Notes: generated from the letters alone by a model not told the origin. A stretch of 64,000 nucleotides of DNA from Bacteroides fragilis (GCA_963630775.1 CAVGNU010000004.1:859-64858), one strand, 5' to 3'; positions 17,247 through 28,941 are shown, counted from the first letter of the stretch. Made by a program: numbers and translations.

Positions 17247-19652
17247 TTATGCCACGCGACCGTACGCGGCCAGATATTGTTGGAACAGTGCACTGCCGTT
17301 GAAATTTTTCTGTTTCTTTTTGGCACTGCCCAAACTCCATGAATACAGGTTGCCCGTGTGGGTGTTGCGGCCGGTTTCCAAGAAATCCCAATACGCCATC
17401 AGTTCTTGGAATTTGTCCTGGTGCTTGTCGTCCCAGTTGTCAATTTCGCTGTTGCGGGCATCAATCTGGCTGTTTAATTCATCAACGCGATCTTTTGCAT
17501 TTTTGAATTTGTGCACTGGATCGCCCAACTGGTCTGCCAACTGTTGCGCAGCAGTGTATGACGCTTGCGCTGTATTAAAGTCCATCTGATATGTCGGACG
17601 ATTGGCCAACGTACTTTGAATGTCTGGATTGTTTAACAACTGCTGTTGGTCCTGTTGCAACTGGGGCAGGGTCTGCTGAATATCGCGTTGCTGTTGGGTT
17701 AAATCTGTAATCTGACGCTGAATGTCAACCGCCAATGCGTTTGCCGCCTGTGGTGGCATACCGTTATATGTGTTCGGGTTGTTCAGCGCATTTTGCAACT
17801 GTTGTAAATCCTGTTGAATCTGGGGTAATGCCTGATTTGCGCTGTTTATTTGCTGCGTCAAATCATCATAAGATTCCAATTTTTTGTTGGCGTCTTTCAG
17901 GCGTTTGTCGGCATCATTCATCGCCGTCAGTTTTTGCTTTGCGTCACTTTCGGCATTGTCAAAATCCTGTTTTCGCTGATCGTATGTCGCATCGGTTATA
18001 CCCGTTTGCGCCATCACGTTTTGTTCGGCCTGAATGCGTTGTTGTGCCAACGGATTTTCTATATTGCGTTCGGCAATTTTTCTGTTTTTCTCGTCATCAT
18101 TTTTCTGAACAAAGTCATCGTGCGCCTTTTTCATACGGCCGGTGGCCTGATTAAACTTGCTGTCGTGCAGGTTATACGCATTCCCCGCAATCGTTATGCC
18201 ATACCCAACCGCCATAAATGCCCACTTGATACTCTTGTCCATGGCGTTTGTGACAAACTGAACACCCTGATTTTTGTTCCATGATAATTTCCCGTCGGAA
18301 AACACAGTCAGGTTTTCTTTGCCCAATGCATCCATAATCTTGCTGGTGGTGTAACCATAGTGGATGACCGACAAAACCTCCATCGCGGATTTTGCCTCGT
18401 CCATTTTGCCATCACGAACGGCGGTCATAATCAATTCAGATACCAACGCACGCATCTGACGCCCGTTTTGCAACGCGCCATTAAATGCCTTGGGCATGGT
18501 GGATTGCAATTCTTTTAACGTCTTGGCCATCCATTCAAAATGCTTGGTCGCGGTTGGTGATTTATACAGCAGGTTCGCCTTTATCGCATCGGTATTTTCG
18601 ACCAGTTTGCCCAACCCATCGGTTGGTTTCATTTTGACCTTTTTATCGTCCAGTGCCTTGACAATCGCCTTGGCGGAATCAGACATAAACAACTGGTCGC
18701 CACGCAGTTTGGTGTACTTGTCCATATAATCAGACCAAGTGTCACCAATATTCTTGGACAACTGTTGCCATGGGGTCAGTTCATCATCACGCTTTGGCGG
18801 AACATAGTCATCAGATTCCTTGTTGCCGTAATCGACTTTCTCTTTCGCCTCGTCCAGCGGTTTGGAAATCTTGCCCTTGTCATACGCTTTGAATACACCA
18901 TAAACTTTGGACTTTTTGTTCAGGGTATCCAACAAATCACGGTGATTGCGCTTGAAATATTCCAGTTTCAGCGGGTCAATCTGGTCGTTATCAAATCCCT
19001 TTCTAATCTTTTCAAAATCAGGCAGGTTTACCTGCGCATTTGGCCCCAGCGAATTTACAAAATCTGGCTGGCGCATATAGTACGCAACATACTGGGCAAC
19101 ATCTTTGATTTTCTGTTGGAACTTTGGCGATGTGTTATATTTCTTGTCCCGAATACCACTCATTAGGTCGGAATAAGAAAAATCACCGTCGGTCAACCCC
19201 CATTGCTTGAACGCAACCTCTAAAACCTGACGGTTGTTTTTCAGAAATGTGTTGAAATTACCCTGAATCTCTTGTTCAGCGTCATTGCTGGCAACGCCAT
19301 TTGAAAACAGACGCAAATCGCCAAAATATTCATTCAGGAAATCATTCGCGTCTTTGTTGTCCTTAAATGATTTTTTGTCCGCGTCCATCGCGCGAAACGC
19401 ATCTTGGAATGCGCGGAATAACTTTTCCCATTCGGCGTCACTCAGTTCCCACGCGCCATTTACCTCGGTCGGGTCGGGTATTGGATTGTTCGCGCCATTC
19501 GTCATCAGGTTCTTTTTCCAGTCCTTCATATGACCACGGAAATCATCGGCCTTCAGATACACGTTGAATTGGGCGCGAACCTCGGCCGGCATGTTGTTAA
19601 AACGCAACTGCATATAATATCGCAATAAAAATTCATCTATTTTGACGGCCAT
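17247..19652 (-). CDS. Large hypothetical protein (801 aa) with Q/N-rich coiled-coil C-terminal third; no family recognised
   Basis: Long uninterrupted ORF with its own terminator and a divergent promoter region. No signal peptide; one hydrophobic stretch (WAFMAVGYGITIAGNAY). The heptad-like Q-rich region includes LPQIQQDLQQLQNALNN and QQTLPQLQQDQQQLLNN. Confidence 0.75.
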   Translation of the reverse strand: MAVKIDEFLLRYYMQLRFNNMPAEVRAQFNVYLKADDFRGHMKDWKKNLMTNGANNPIPDPTEVNGAWELSDAEWEKLFRAFQDAFRAMDADKKSFKDNKDANDFLNEYFGDLRLFSNGVASNDAEQEIQGNFNTFLKNNRQVLEVAFKQWGLTDGDFSYSDLMSGIRDKKYNTSPKFQQKIKDVAQYVAYYMRQPDFVNSLGPNAQVNLPDFEKIRKGFDNDQIDPLKLEYFKRNHRDLLDTLNKKSKVYGVFKAYDKGKISKPLDEAKEKVDYGNKESDDYVPPKRDDELTPWQQLSKNIGDTWSDYMDKYTKLRGDQLFMSDSAKAIVKALDDKKVKMKPTDGLGKLVENTDAIKANLLYKSPTATKHFEWMAKTLKELQSTMPKAFNGALQNGRQMRALVSELIMTAVRDGKMDEAKSAMEVLSVIHYGYTTSKIMDALGKENLTVFSDGKLSWNKNQGVQFVTNAMDKSIKWAFMAVGYGITIAGNAYNLHDSKFNQATGRMKKAHDDFVQKNDDEKNRKIAERNIENPLAQQRIQAEQNVMAQTGITDATYDQRKQDFDNAESDAKQKLTAMNDADKRLKDANKKLESYDDLTQQINSANQALPQIQQDLQQLQNALNNPNTYNGMPPQAANALAVDIQRQITDLTQQQRDIQQTLPQLQQDQQQLLNNPDIQSTLANRPTYQMDFNTAQASYTAAQQLADQLGDPVHKFKNAKDRVDELNSQIDARNSEIDNWDDKHQDKFQELMAYWDFLETGRNTHTGNLYSWSLGSAKKKQKNFNGSALFQQYLAAYGRVA

Positions 19653-19759
19653 GTGAAAACCCCTATCTTGTTACCCATATAATTATAGTGCTTTTTTGGT
19701 AAAAAATCAATATACAGCGCGCGGATTTATATTGTATAATTGCCCACAGAGAGAATTCA

Positions 19760-20995
19760 ATGCCAGAAAAACATTCTGTCCAAGATTTTTTGATAAATAT
19801 CTATGGATACACATTTTTTAATTCGCTGATGATGTTGGCGCCGGTTTATGCCGTGTTTATGCAGTCGCGCGGTATCAGTGATTTTGGCATATCGCTGTTG
19901 TTGGTACTGTGGTCGGGTGGGGTATTGGTCACACAATTTCCGGTTGCATATTTGGCACGTATGTTTGGGGCGCAAAATGTGCTGTTTCTGGGCCAGGTGT
20001 TAAAGGCCATTGCGTTCGTTCTGTGGATTTTATGGCCGACATTTGCTGGATTTGCTGTTGGAATGGTACTGTGGGGGATGCACGGCGCGATTTACAATGT
20101 TGTGTCCGAAGATGTTTTGTACGACGAATTGCGTGCCCGTACAAATACACTGGTTTATGAACGAATACTAGGGCGTCGTAAAAACATAGCCGCAATTGCG
20201 GTCGCATTGTCATCTTTTGGATCGCTGTTGATGGTGTGGGGATATGAATTTATAACCGCAATGTCGGTTGTTGCACTGGTGCTGTCTATGCTGTTTTTGT
20301 CGCGGATGAGGTTGGTTCAGGAATATCGCGGTGTCACCAACAGTGGCGGGTCGGTAATAAAATCGGTGAAATCGGCCATTGCGGTAATGCGCGCCACCCC
20401 TGGGATTGTTGCCATGTTGGTGCTCAGTGTTTTGGTGACCAATTTTTCGTACCTGAACGATTATTTGTCGCTGATTGGATATGACATTGGCGTGCCAACC
20501 GAATACATTGGTGCGGTGCCGTTTTTCATATTAGTGTGTCAGGTAATTGGCCAAGCATTTGCCCATAAATTTGTTGGTGTGCGTTGGGGCATATTAGCGG
20601 GAATGATAATTGCAGCGGGTGTGCTGTTTGGCGTGTTTTCGGTGTGTTATTCAATTGTTGGGTTGCTGGTACTGGGCGCGGCATATATAATATGTGCTGT
20701 GATAAAGATTTTGTTATACGCCCAGTTTCAGAAAATGACCCCATCATCTCAACGGATGGAGGTTTTATCGTTTTACAGCATCGCCGACCAAGGTACATAT
20801 ATGATCATATGCCTGATAATTGGTTTGGGATCTATGATGGGCAGTTGGCGGTACAGTATCGCGATTTTGGGTGTGTTGTTATGTGCGCTGGGCGCAATAT
20901 CTGTTTGGTTTGTGCGTCATCGCGTGGGGGGTGACACGATGCCCAGTCCGGTACCAAACGCAACCGTGCGACCTTCGGGGGGCGACATGGTCTAG
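19760..20995 (+). CDS. MFS-type transporter
   Basis: 411 aa with ~12 predicted TM helices in a 6+6 layout and a central loop (ELRARTNTLVYERILGRRKN). Confidence 0.72.
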   Translation: MPEKHSVQDFLINIYGYTFFNSLMMLAPVYAVFMQSRGISDFGISLLLVLWSGGVLVTQFPVAYLARMFGAQNVLFLGQVLKAIAFVLWILWPTFAGFAVGMVLWGMHGAIYNVVSEDVLYDELRARTNTLVYERILGRRKNIAAIAVALSSFGSLLMVWGYEFITAMSVVALVLSMLFLSRMRLVQEYRGVTNSGGSVIKSVKSAIAVMRATPGIVAMLVLSVLVTNFSYLNDYLSLIGYDIGVPTEYIGAVPFFILVCQVIGQAFAHKFVGVRWGILAGMIIAAGVLFGVFSVCYSIVGLLVLGAAYIICAVIKILLYAQFQKMTPSSQRMEVLSFYSIADQGTYMIICLIIGLGSMMGSWRYSIAILGVLLCALGAISVWFVRHRVGGDTMPSPVPNATVRPSGGDMV

Positions 20996-21043
20996 ATATT
21001 TGTTCCTGTGAATTTTTTGTGGGGTTTCTGGTACGATTTGTGT

Positions 21044-21718
21044 ATGGGAATGAAACTGCGTGATGTTTTCCTGAAAAGTATTCCATACCTGTTGTCAATC
21101 GCTGGTGGGGTGGCATTGTTCACATTGACCAAAGATAACATTGCCGACAAAGAATTAGCGGACTTGGTGACTAATATCGCGGCGTCACTGTTGTCGATAC
21201 CACTGGTGTTTTTGCTGTATGATTATTCTAATTCACGGATTTCCAATAAACTCAGTACCACGTTGACGGCCAATATGACGGACAAGATAAACGTGCTGGT
21301 GCTGAACATCATAATGCTATTGCGGCGGGCAATTGGTGTGCGTGGGCGCGCGACATTGGAATCGTTGAACAGAATGGACGGTTTGACGGTGGAAATAATT
21401 GCGCGCAAAATCAATCTGGGCAAAAACACAATCGCAACATTGCGGGCATACCATACTGAATTAGAAAACCTGTTGTACAATGCGGCACAATCAAACCTGT
21501 TGTCGGTAAATCAGGTTCAGACATTGGCGGGTTTGGGACGGGAATTGCTGCATTTGGTCAATGAAACGCGGTTTCGCAACAATCGCACCATAATTGCCCG
21601 CCATGTGGGAAATATCGTAACACATGTGACAGATTGGCTGGACGCCGATGCGGGCGGTGCGATTGATTTTGAGCACCTGTTGGCGGCGGCGCAGGCACGC
21701 AAAACAAAAAATAAATAA
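21044..21718 (+). CDS. Hypothetical membrane protein (2 TM helices plus helical cytoplasmic domain)
   Basis: ORF with ATG at 21044 (the track gives GTG at 21008). TM helices are IPYLLSIAGGVALFTL and IAASLLSIPLVFLLY. No family recognised. Confidence 0.55.
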   Translation: MGMKLRDVFLKSIPYLLSIAGGVALFTLTKDNIADKELADLVTNIAASLLSIPLVFLLYDYSNSRISNKLSTTLTANMTDKINVLVLNIIMLLRRAIGVRGRATLESLNRMDGLTVEIIARKINLGKNTIATLRAYHTELENLLYNAAQSNLLSVNQVQTLAGLGRELLHLVNETRFRNNRTIIARHVGNIVTHVTDWLDADAGGAIDFEHLLAAAQARKTKNK

Positions 21719-21814
21719 AAATGCGATTTTTTCTTGATTTTTATTTCCGGTTGTGTCAAAATTTGCCCCGAACCTTGAACAGAGGGTACCTATCCCAGAT
21801 TCAGGTTCCGTTTT

Positions 21815-21890
21815 GGGGACATAGCTCAGTTGGTAGAGCAAATGACTTTTAATCATTGGGTCCAGGGTTCGAGTCCCTGTGTCCCCACCA
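21815..21890 (+). tRNA. tRNA-Lys (anticodon TTT)
   Basis: Acceptor GGGGACA/TGTCCCC, anticodon loop CTTTTAA, T-loop GGTTCGAGTCC, CCA encoded. Confidence 0.95.
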
Positions 21891-21895
21891 AGATA

Positions 21896-21919
21896 ATCCG
21901 CGGATTTCCGCGGTTTTTT
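21896..21919 (+). terminator. Intrinsic terminator after tRNA-Lys
   Basis: ccgcgg-attt-ccgcgg hairpin followed by tttttt. Confidence 0.65.
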
Positions 21920-22051
21920 GTTGCTTTGTTCCGATGTTTTTATCGTGAAACATGCCCCGTGGGTTAAAGGGTTTAACCCATCTGTCGTGGGCGGGAATGT
22001 TGGTCTGAAAATACCCATTGCAAATATGTATATATAGGGTATGTTTACGGT

Positions 22052-22762
22052 ATGCAAAAATATATTGATGCACATTGTCATTATGTTGCCGATGCCATCG
22101 GCGTGGTTGCGGGGTTTGTGTATAATTCAGCGCAGCCGTCCGATTGGGCGCGTGCCATCGCGGCATCGCGCGCCACAGGTGGGGCGGGTGCGATTGGCGT
22201 CCATCCATGGTATGTGGATGAGTTGTCGCCCGATTGGGCGACCCAGATGGTGCGTGTATTGCGTGATAATCCAACATTGATGGTTGGCGAAATTGGTCTG
22301 GACAGGGCGCGCGGCAATATTGACACGCAAATGCCCGTGTTCCTGCGCCAGCTGGAAATCGCACACGAATTAAATCGCACGGTGCATATTCACTGTGTTC
22401 GTGCGTGGGACGTGATGTTAAAGGTGTTTGCGACGCGCCGCCCACTGCCACCGGCAATAATTATTCATGGCGGTGTCCCCGGTGCCGATATCGTGCGTGC
22501 CGTGATGCAACATACAAACGCGTACTTTTCATACGCTGCGGTGCGCAGTGATAAAATTGCCGTATCAATTTCGGCAACGCCAATTGATCGTATTTTGGTT
22601 GAATCAGACGCGGCGTCGCCCGCCGTTGCGCGTGCAATTTTGCCACGGACGGTGGAACAAATAGCGACCTTGTTGGGGCAAGATGTGCATGCCATGGCGG
22701 AAACAATTTACAATAACTCATACGGGGTAATTACACATGGCGGACAGATTACACAGAATTAG
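22052..22762 (+). CDS. TatD-family metal-dependent hydrolase
   Basis: N-terminal IDAHCHY motif, a GEIGLDR motif and conserved His/Asp positions (VHIHCV, IIHGG, VESDA). Confidence 0.85.
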   Translation: MQKYIDAHCHYVADAIGVVAGFVYNSAQPSDWARAIAASRATGGAGAIGVHPWYVDELSPDWATQMVRVLRDNPTLMVGEIGLDRARGNIDTQMPVFLRQLEIAHELNRTVHIHCVRAWDVMLKVFATRRPLPPAIIIHGGVPGADIVRAVMQHTNAYFSYAAVRSDKIAVSISATPIDRILVESDAASPAVARAILPRTVEQIATLLGQDVHAMAETIYNNSYGVITHGGQITQN

Positions 22763-23420
22763 ATTTTTGCTGGGTGATGCGGCGATTGAAAAATTGCGCG
22801 CCGCAACGGTCATGGTTGTTGGCTGTGGCGCGGTGGGGTCTTTTGCTATCGAGGCCTTGGCCCGCAGTGGCGTTGGTCATATCGTCGTGGTTGATTTTGA
22901 TACGGTCGCAGAATCAAACATCAATCGTCAACTGTTCGCATTGACATCAACCATCGGTATGGCAAAGGTTGACGTTGCTGCGGCGCGTATTCATGATATA
23001 AATCCCGATACAATCGTCACGCCGTACCAGATGTGTTTTGATGCACAAAACACGCCCGACGCTCACCCCGATTTTGTGATTGACGCGATTGATTCTGTGG
23101 ATTCCAAAATTGCGCTGTATAATTGGTGCAACGTACGTAATATACCGTTTATTTCCAGTATGGGCGCAGCGCGCAAAACCGACCCATCACAAATCAGGGT
23201 GGGACGGTTGGCCAAAACAACTGTGTGCCCATTGGCGGCAAAAATTCGCCGACTGGCACGTGATGCACATATTCCGGATTTCCCAGTTGTGTATTCAACT
23301 GAACCCGCCAACCCAAACGTTGCCGCCGGTCGCATATTTGGTTCTATTGTTACAATTACGGGGGTATTTGGCCTGAATTGTGCAAACTATGCTATAAAAT
23401 ATATCGTAGAACGTGCGTAA
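22737..23420 (+). CDS. tcdA: tRNA threonylcarbamoyladenosine dehydratase (ThiF/MoeB-like, TcdA/CsdL)
   Basis: VMVVGCGAVGSFAIEALARSGVGHIVVVDFDTVAESNINRQ nucleotide-binding fold; ~227 aa, typical of TcdA. Confidence 0.82.
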   Translation: MADRLHRIRFLLGDAAIEKLRAATVMVVGCGAVGSFAIEALARSGVGHIVVVDFDTVAESNINRQLFALTSTIGMAKVDVAAARIHDINPDTIVTPYQMCFDAQNTPDAHPDFVIDAIDSVDSKIALYNWCNVRNIPFISSMGAARKTDPSQIRVGRLAKTTVCPLAAKIRRLARDAHIPDFPVVYSTEPANPNVAAGRIFGSIVTITGVFGLNCANYAIKYIVERA

Positions 23421-23581
23421 AAACGCGGCAATCCGCATCGGTATATATTCAAAAAGGTGCGTATTTGTGCGGCTAAGAACGTTTTCCCAAGTGTAATAAA
23501 CGATTTGCACGTGTTGTGTGAAACATTTATAATAACCGTGTCTTATCACAGACAAAAACAACCTGCACAAAGGAGAAAAAG

Positions 23582-23794
23582 ATGAGAGGACTGGTAAATT
23601 ATGTCTTGAAACCGTTGACCTTTATCGGAGCCCTGAACTGGGGGCTGATTGGTATTTTTGGTTTCGATTTGGTCGCATGGATTTTCGGGTCTGCCACCAT
23701 CGCCAGCAGTATCGTTTACAGCATAATCGGTATTGCCGCATTGGTTTGGTTGATTTGGATTTTCATTGACCAGCCCGTACATAATGAACGCTGA
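23582..23794 (+). CDS. DUF378-family small membrane protein
   Basis: 70 aa; the segment LTFIGALNWGLIGIFGFDLVAWIFG is characteristic of DUF378; GGAGAAAAAG RBS. Confidence 0.8.
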   Translation: MRGLVNYVLKPLTFIGALNWGLIGIFGFDLVAWIFGSATIASSIVYSIIGIAALVWLIWIFIDQPVHNER

Positions 23795-23899
23795 TTGCGT
23801 TTCACAGTTTTCATGTCATTTTTCGCCCCCAACGGGGCGTTTTTACTGTTTGTGAATGTTGCGATTGCATGCCAAAATCGCGCGGTGATGTTTGATGGC

Positions 23900-24235
23900 T
23901 TATTTGGTGTTCATATTTTTCAGTGCATTGGCAACAACCGCTTTGTCAATTCGCTTTAATTTCCATGTGTCCAATGCGCGTTGAAACATTTCAACCTTGT
24001 GTGTGTCAAATTCGGCCGGCATCATGTCGCCCTTTATAGAATTGCAAATCTGGTGCGCTGGGAACAGGTTATCACGATAATCCGTGCCACCATGCATTTT
24101 TGGGATATGGTGGTCAATGGACATCTTTTGATTTTTCAATATTGGTTGACCGCAAATACTGCAATATACATCGTCGCACAGCAACAGTTCAAATTTCAAT
24201 GTTATGGTTATTTTATGTGTTTCTGTGCGTTCCAT
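23900..24235 (-). CDS. Stand-alone HNH endonuclease
   Basis: CSICGQPI...DHHIPKMHGGTDYRDNLFPAHQICNSIKGD is an HNH/CxxC motif. ATG 24235 has a GAGGT RBS. Confidence 0.8.
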   Translation of the reverse strand: MERTETHKITITLKFELLLCDDVYCSICGQPILKNQKMSIDHHIPKMHGGTDYRDNLFPAHQICNSIKGDMMPAEFDTHKVEMFQRALDTWKLKRIDKAVVANALKNMNTK

Positions 24236-24349
24236 GTGCGACCTCAATAAAAGTATATTATGCGATAACAATAGCGTCTTTTTGCCACCAATGTCAATGG
24301 GTTTTGTGCCGACAGAATGTGTGTGTTTTCGTTGACAAACGACAGGTGT

Positions 24350-24643
24350 ATGCTATTGTTTTTTTTGGGTTGCACAGGGGACGATAGTAAATCAGCAAAG
24401 TTCATATCAATAATATCTATTCAGGCCCAGATGCAGAATTTACTTTGTCTGATTTTTATTAAACTGTGCGCAGAATTGGCCACGTTATTCAATAACTTGG
24501 TACGCACGCCCGACACGCCCGAACCAGTGGTCGCCGACCCAAATTTCAAAACGGTTCAGGCATTCCAACACGTTCCCTCCATCACTGCCCAACCCGTCGC
24601 CCTGGGCCTGTACAAAGTGATGTGTAAACAAAAGACGAAATGA
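24350..24643 (+). CDS. Possible small lipoprotein (weak call)
   Basis: MLLFFLGCTGDD... has a lipobox-like LGC; the RBS is poorly spaced and no homology is recognised. Confidence 0.3.
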   Translation: MLLFFLGCTGDDSKSAKFISIISIQAQMQNLLCLIFIKLCAELATLFNNLVRTPDTPEPVVADPNFKTVQAFQHVPSITAQPVALGLYKVMCKQKTK

Positions 24644-24651
24644 ATATCAAA

Positions 24652-24676
24652 ACAAAAACCCCGCCAACGGCGGGGC
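24652..24676 (-). terminator. Intrinsic terminator after tRNA-Asn
   Basis: On the minus strand: ccccgcc-gttg-gcgggg followed by ttttt. Confidence 0.65.
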
Positions 24677-24683
24677 GAATCTT

Positions 24684-24759
24684 TGGCTCGGGCAACTGGA
24701 CTCGAACCAGTGACATACGGATTAACAGTCCGTTGTTCTACCGACTGAACTATGCCCGA
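24684..24759 (-). tRNA. tRNA-Asn (anticodon GTT)
   Basis: The reverse complement folds as a cloverleaf with acceptor TCGGGCA/TGCCCGA, anticodon loop CTGTTAA, T-loop GGTTCGAGTCC and encoded CCA. Confidence 0.95.
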
Positions 24760-24879
24760 ACAGCCCGCACATCTTATAATTTTTTTTTATGCATTTCAAG
24801 TGTTTTTTTCATTTATTGCAAACTGCATGCGGGGGTGGTATATTGGACGTGTCCAATATCAATAACAAAAGGAAAGATT

Positions 24880-25692
24880 ATGTTATTAAAAGGAAAAAAG
24901 ATTCTGATTACTGGCGTTGCCAACGATTGGTCTATGGCGTGGGCAATCGCAAAGCGCGCGCATGACGAAGGGGCGGAAATCGCGATGCCTTACGCGATGC
25001 CGAACTTGGAACGTCGCGTGCGCCCATTGGCCGAATCAATCGGTGCTAAATTTGTCCAAGAATGCAATGTTCAAAATGACGAACAGATGGACTCTTTGTT
25101 CGCGAACATTGAACGCGAATGGGGGCATTTGGACGGTGTGTTGCACGCGATTGCGTTTTCGGACAAGAACGAACTGACCGGTCGTTATGTCGACACAACC
25201 CGCGCGAATTTCAAGAATACTATGGACATTTCCGTGTATTCGTTGGTCGATTTGACACGCCGTGCGTCACGCCTGATGACAGATGGCGGCAGCATTGTCG
25301 CACTGACATATTTCGGTGGGGAAAAATCCGTGCCAAATTACAACGTGATGGGTGTTGCCAAATCTGCACTGGACAGCAGTGTTCGCTATCTGGCGTCTGA
25401 TTTGGGGCGTGATAACATTCGTGTAAATGCCATTTCGGCGGGGCCAATTATGACACTGGCGTCATCAGGCGTTGGTGGGTTCAAGGCGATGTTGCGCCTG
25501 AACGCGGAACAGACCCCATTGCGTCGCAATATGACATTGGACGATGTGTCGGGCGCGGCGGTGTATTTGTTCAGTAACCTGTCGTCGGCCGTCACGGGCG
25601 AGGTTCACCATGTTGACTGTGGCTATTCCACAACGGGAATGTTACCGAACGAATTAAAGGATATTTTGTTAAAGGGGCTGGATGAAAAATAG
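24880..25692 (+). CDS. fabI: Enoyl-[acyl-carrier-protein] reductase (NADH) FabI
   Basis: From ATG 24880 the translation is MLLKGKKILITGVANDWSMAWAIA.... It carries the Y-x6-K catalytic motif (YNVMGVAKSAL). The upstream part of the track ORF overlaps tRNA-Asn and is spurious. Confidence 0.93.
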   Translation: MLLKGKKILITGVANDWSMAWAIAKRAHDEGAEIAMPYAMPNLERRVRPLAESIGAKFVQECNVQNDEQMDSLFANIEREWGHLDGVLHAIAFSDKNELTGRYVDTTRANFKNTMDISVYSLVDLTRRASRLMTDGGSIVALTYFGGEKSVPNYNVMGVAKSALDSSVRYLASDLGRDNIRVNAISAGPIMTLASSGVGGFKAMLRLNAEQTPLRRNMTLDDVSGAAVYLFSNLSSAVTGEVHHVDCGYSTTGMLPNELKDILLKGLDEK

Positions 25693-25712
25693 TTTTGCTC
25701 ACCGATCCACAA

Positions 25713-25736
25713 TGTCCGCCAATGGCGGACATTTTT
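25713..25736 (+). terminator. Intrinsic terminator after fabI (also a copy of the hairpin at 1736-1754)
   Basis: tgtccgcc-aatg-gcggaca followed by ttttt. Confidence 0.7.
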
Positions 25737-25852
25737 AGTTTTTTAATTTGTATGAAAAAAGTAATTGATTTTTACTAAAAATTCAATCATAATTAGAATA
25801 TAATATAAATATCTTAGGATATATAACCGTTTTTTATAAATTGGGGGCGAAT

Positions 25853-26092
25853 ATGATAGATAATGCGATGTTTTGGTCTGCGATCGACAATTTAGCGGCG
25901 GCGCATCATATATCGTGTTCGCATATGGCGCGCATCAGTGGCATTGACGCCACCGCATTGAACAAGAGCAAGCGCGCCGGTACGGGTGGTCGTCGATATT
26001 GGATGTCGGTCGGCACATTGGTCAAGATTCTGGCAGCGACGCATACAGAATGGGCAGATTTCGCGAAATATTTCCCACAAAATTCTAAATAA
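25853..26092 (+). CDS. Small helix-turn-helix DNA-binding protein (phage-repressor-N-terminal-like)
   Basis: MIDNAMFWSAIDNLAAAHHISCSHMARISGIDATALNKSKR... matches the 'IW.AID.LA...GLS.SGLAR.AGLD.T.FNKSKR' family common in alphaproteobacteria. GGGGGCGA RBS. Confidence 0.7.
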   Translation: MIDNAMFWSAIDNLAAAHHISCSHMARISGIDATALNKSKRAGTGGRRYWMSVGTLVKILAATHTEWADFAKYFPQNSK

Positions 26093-26135
26093 TTCACCGT
26101 CCTTGTGGCGGATTTTTATTGCACCAAATTGGTGA

Positions 26136-28160
<2,025 letters not shown>

Positions 28161-28182
28161 CAAATGCCCAAATGGGTATTTG

Positions 28183-28833
28183 TTATTTTAATCCAAATTT
28201 GTACGTGGCCCCGATATAGATTTCTGTCGCGTCAATCCGTGTCGTGGCGTATTCACCGCTACTGTTTTCAAATGCCAGTTTCCCATATCGGACATATTTC
28301 GCGCCCAGATTCAAATCCACACGGTCATTCAGTGCGAAATTCACACCGACCATTGCCTGTAATGATAAATCCAATGTTGAATCAGAAATATGTGGTGCTG
28401 CGCCGCTGATGTCGCCCCAAATACCGGTCAGCCCCAGTCCCAACCCCGCATATGGTTCGACCGCGCCACCAAACGTCTGGTACAGATATACGTTCAACAT
28501 ATTTGACCAAATGTCATAGTCGTGACGTGTGCCGTAGCGGGTGAACTTTGCACCGGTGTACGCGGTTTCAAATTCAATTTTTACATTGTCGGTCAGGCGA
28601 TTTCCAACGCTGATCCCGAACCCGAAATTATCGTCCTTTGGTGTTATGGTTGCACCACCAGTGATGTCGTATTTGAATGCGATATGTTCGTTTTTGTGCA
28701 GGCGAATCCCCACATAGTTATCACGACGTGCGGGCGTGCTGTATCCCATGTCGTAATCGTCATTGTACCAATCGTCCGCCATTGCCGGCATCACCGCACA
28801 GCATGCCAATAATAACGCAAATATTTTATGCAT
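28183..28833 (-). CDS. Outer-membrane beta-barrel protein (OMP_b-brl / Omp25-like)
   Basis: Signal peptide MHKIFALLLACCAVMPAMA, alternating amphipathic beta-strand pattern, and an aromatic C-terminal strand IGATYKFGLK. Confidence 0.75.
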   Translation of the reverse strand: MHKIFALLLACCAVMPAMADDWYNDDYDMGYSTPARRDNYVGIRLHKNEHIAFKYDITGGATITPKDDNFGFGISVGNRLTDNVKIEFETAYTGAKFTRYGTRHDYDIWSNMLNVYLYQTFGGAVEPYAGLGLGLTGIWGDISGAAPHISDSTLDLSLQAMVGVNFALNDRVDLNLGAKYVRYGKLAFENSSGEYATTRIDATEIYIGATYKFGLK

Positions 28834-28941
28834 AGTGTTTTTCCCTTTCCTAAAATTCCTATACGGGGATTATAATTATAAAATCTGGCATAACGCAAGT
28901 TGTTTGTGATATAATTCCATCACAGGGGCAGGGGGCATCAC

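Noticed and set aside
21891-22051. Possible degenerate copy of the tRNA-linked element downstream of tRNA-Lys (gccccgtgggttaaagggtttaaccc)
   Set aside because: Only a short resemblance to gcccgtgggttcgaaccc is present. There is no copy of the tRNA-Lys 3' end and no colinear blocks, so it is too weak to call.
21491-22457. 196-aa and 202-aa minus-strand ORFs
   Set aside because: They span tRNA-Lys and run antisense to the 21044..21718 gene and to tatD. No motifs, and implausible composition.
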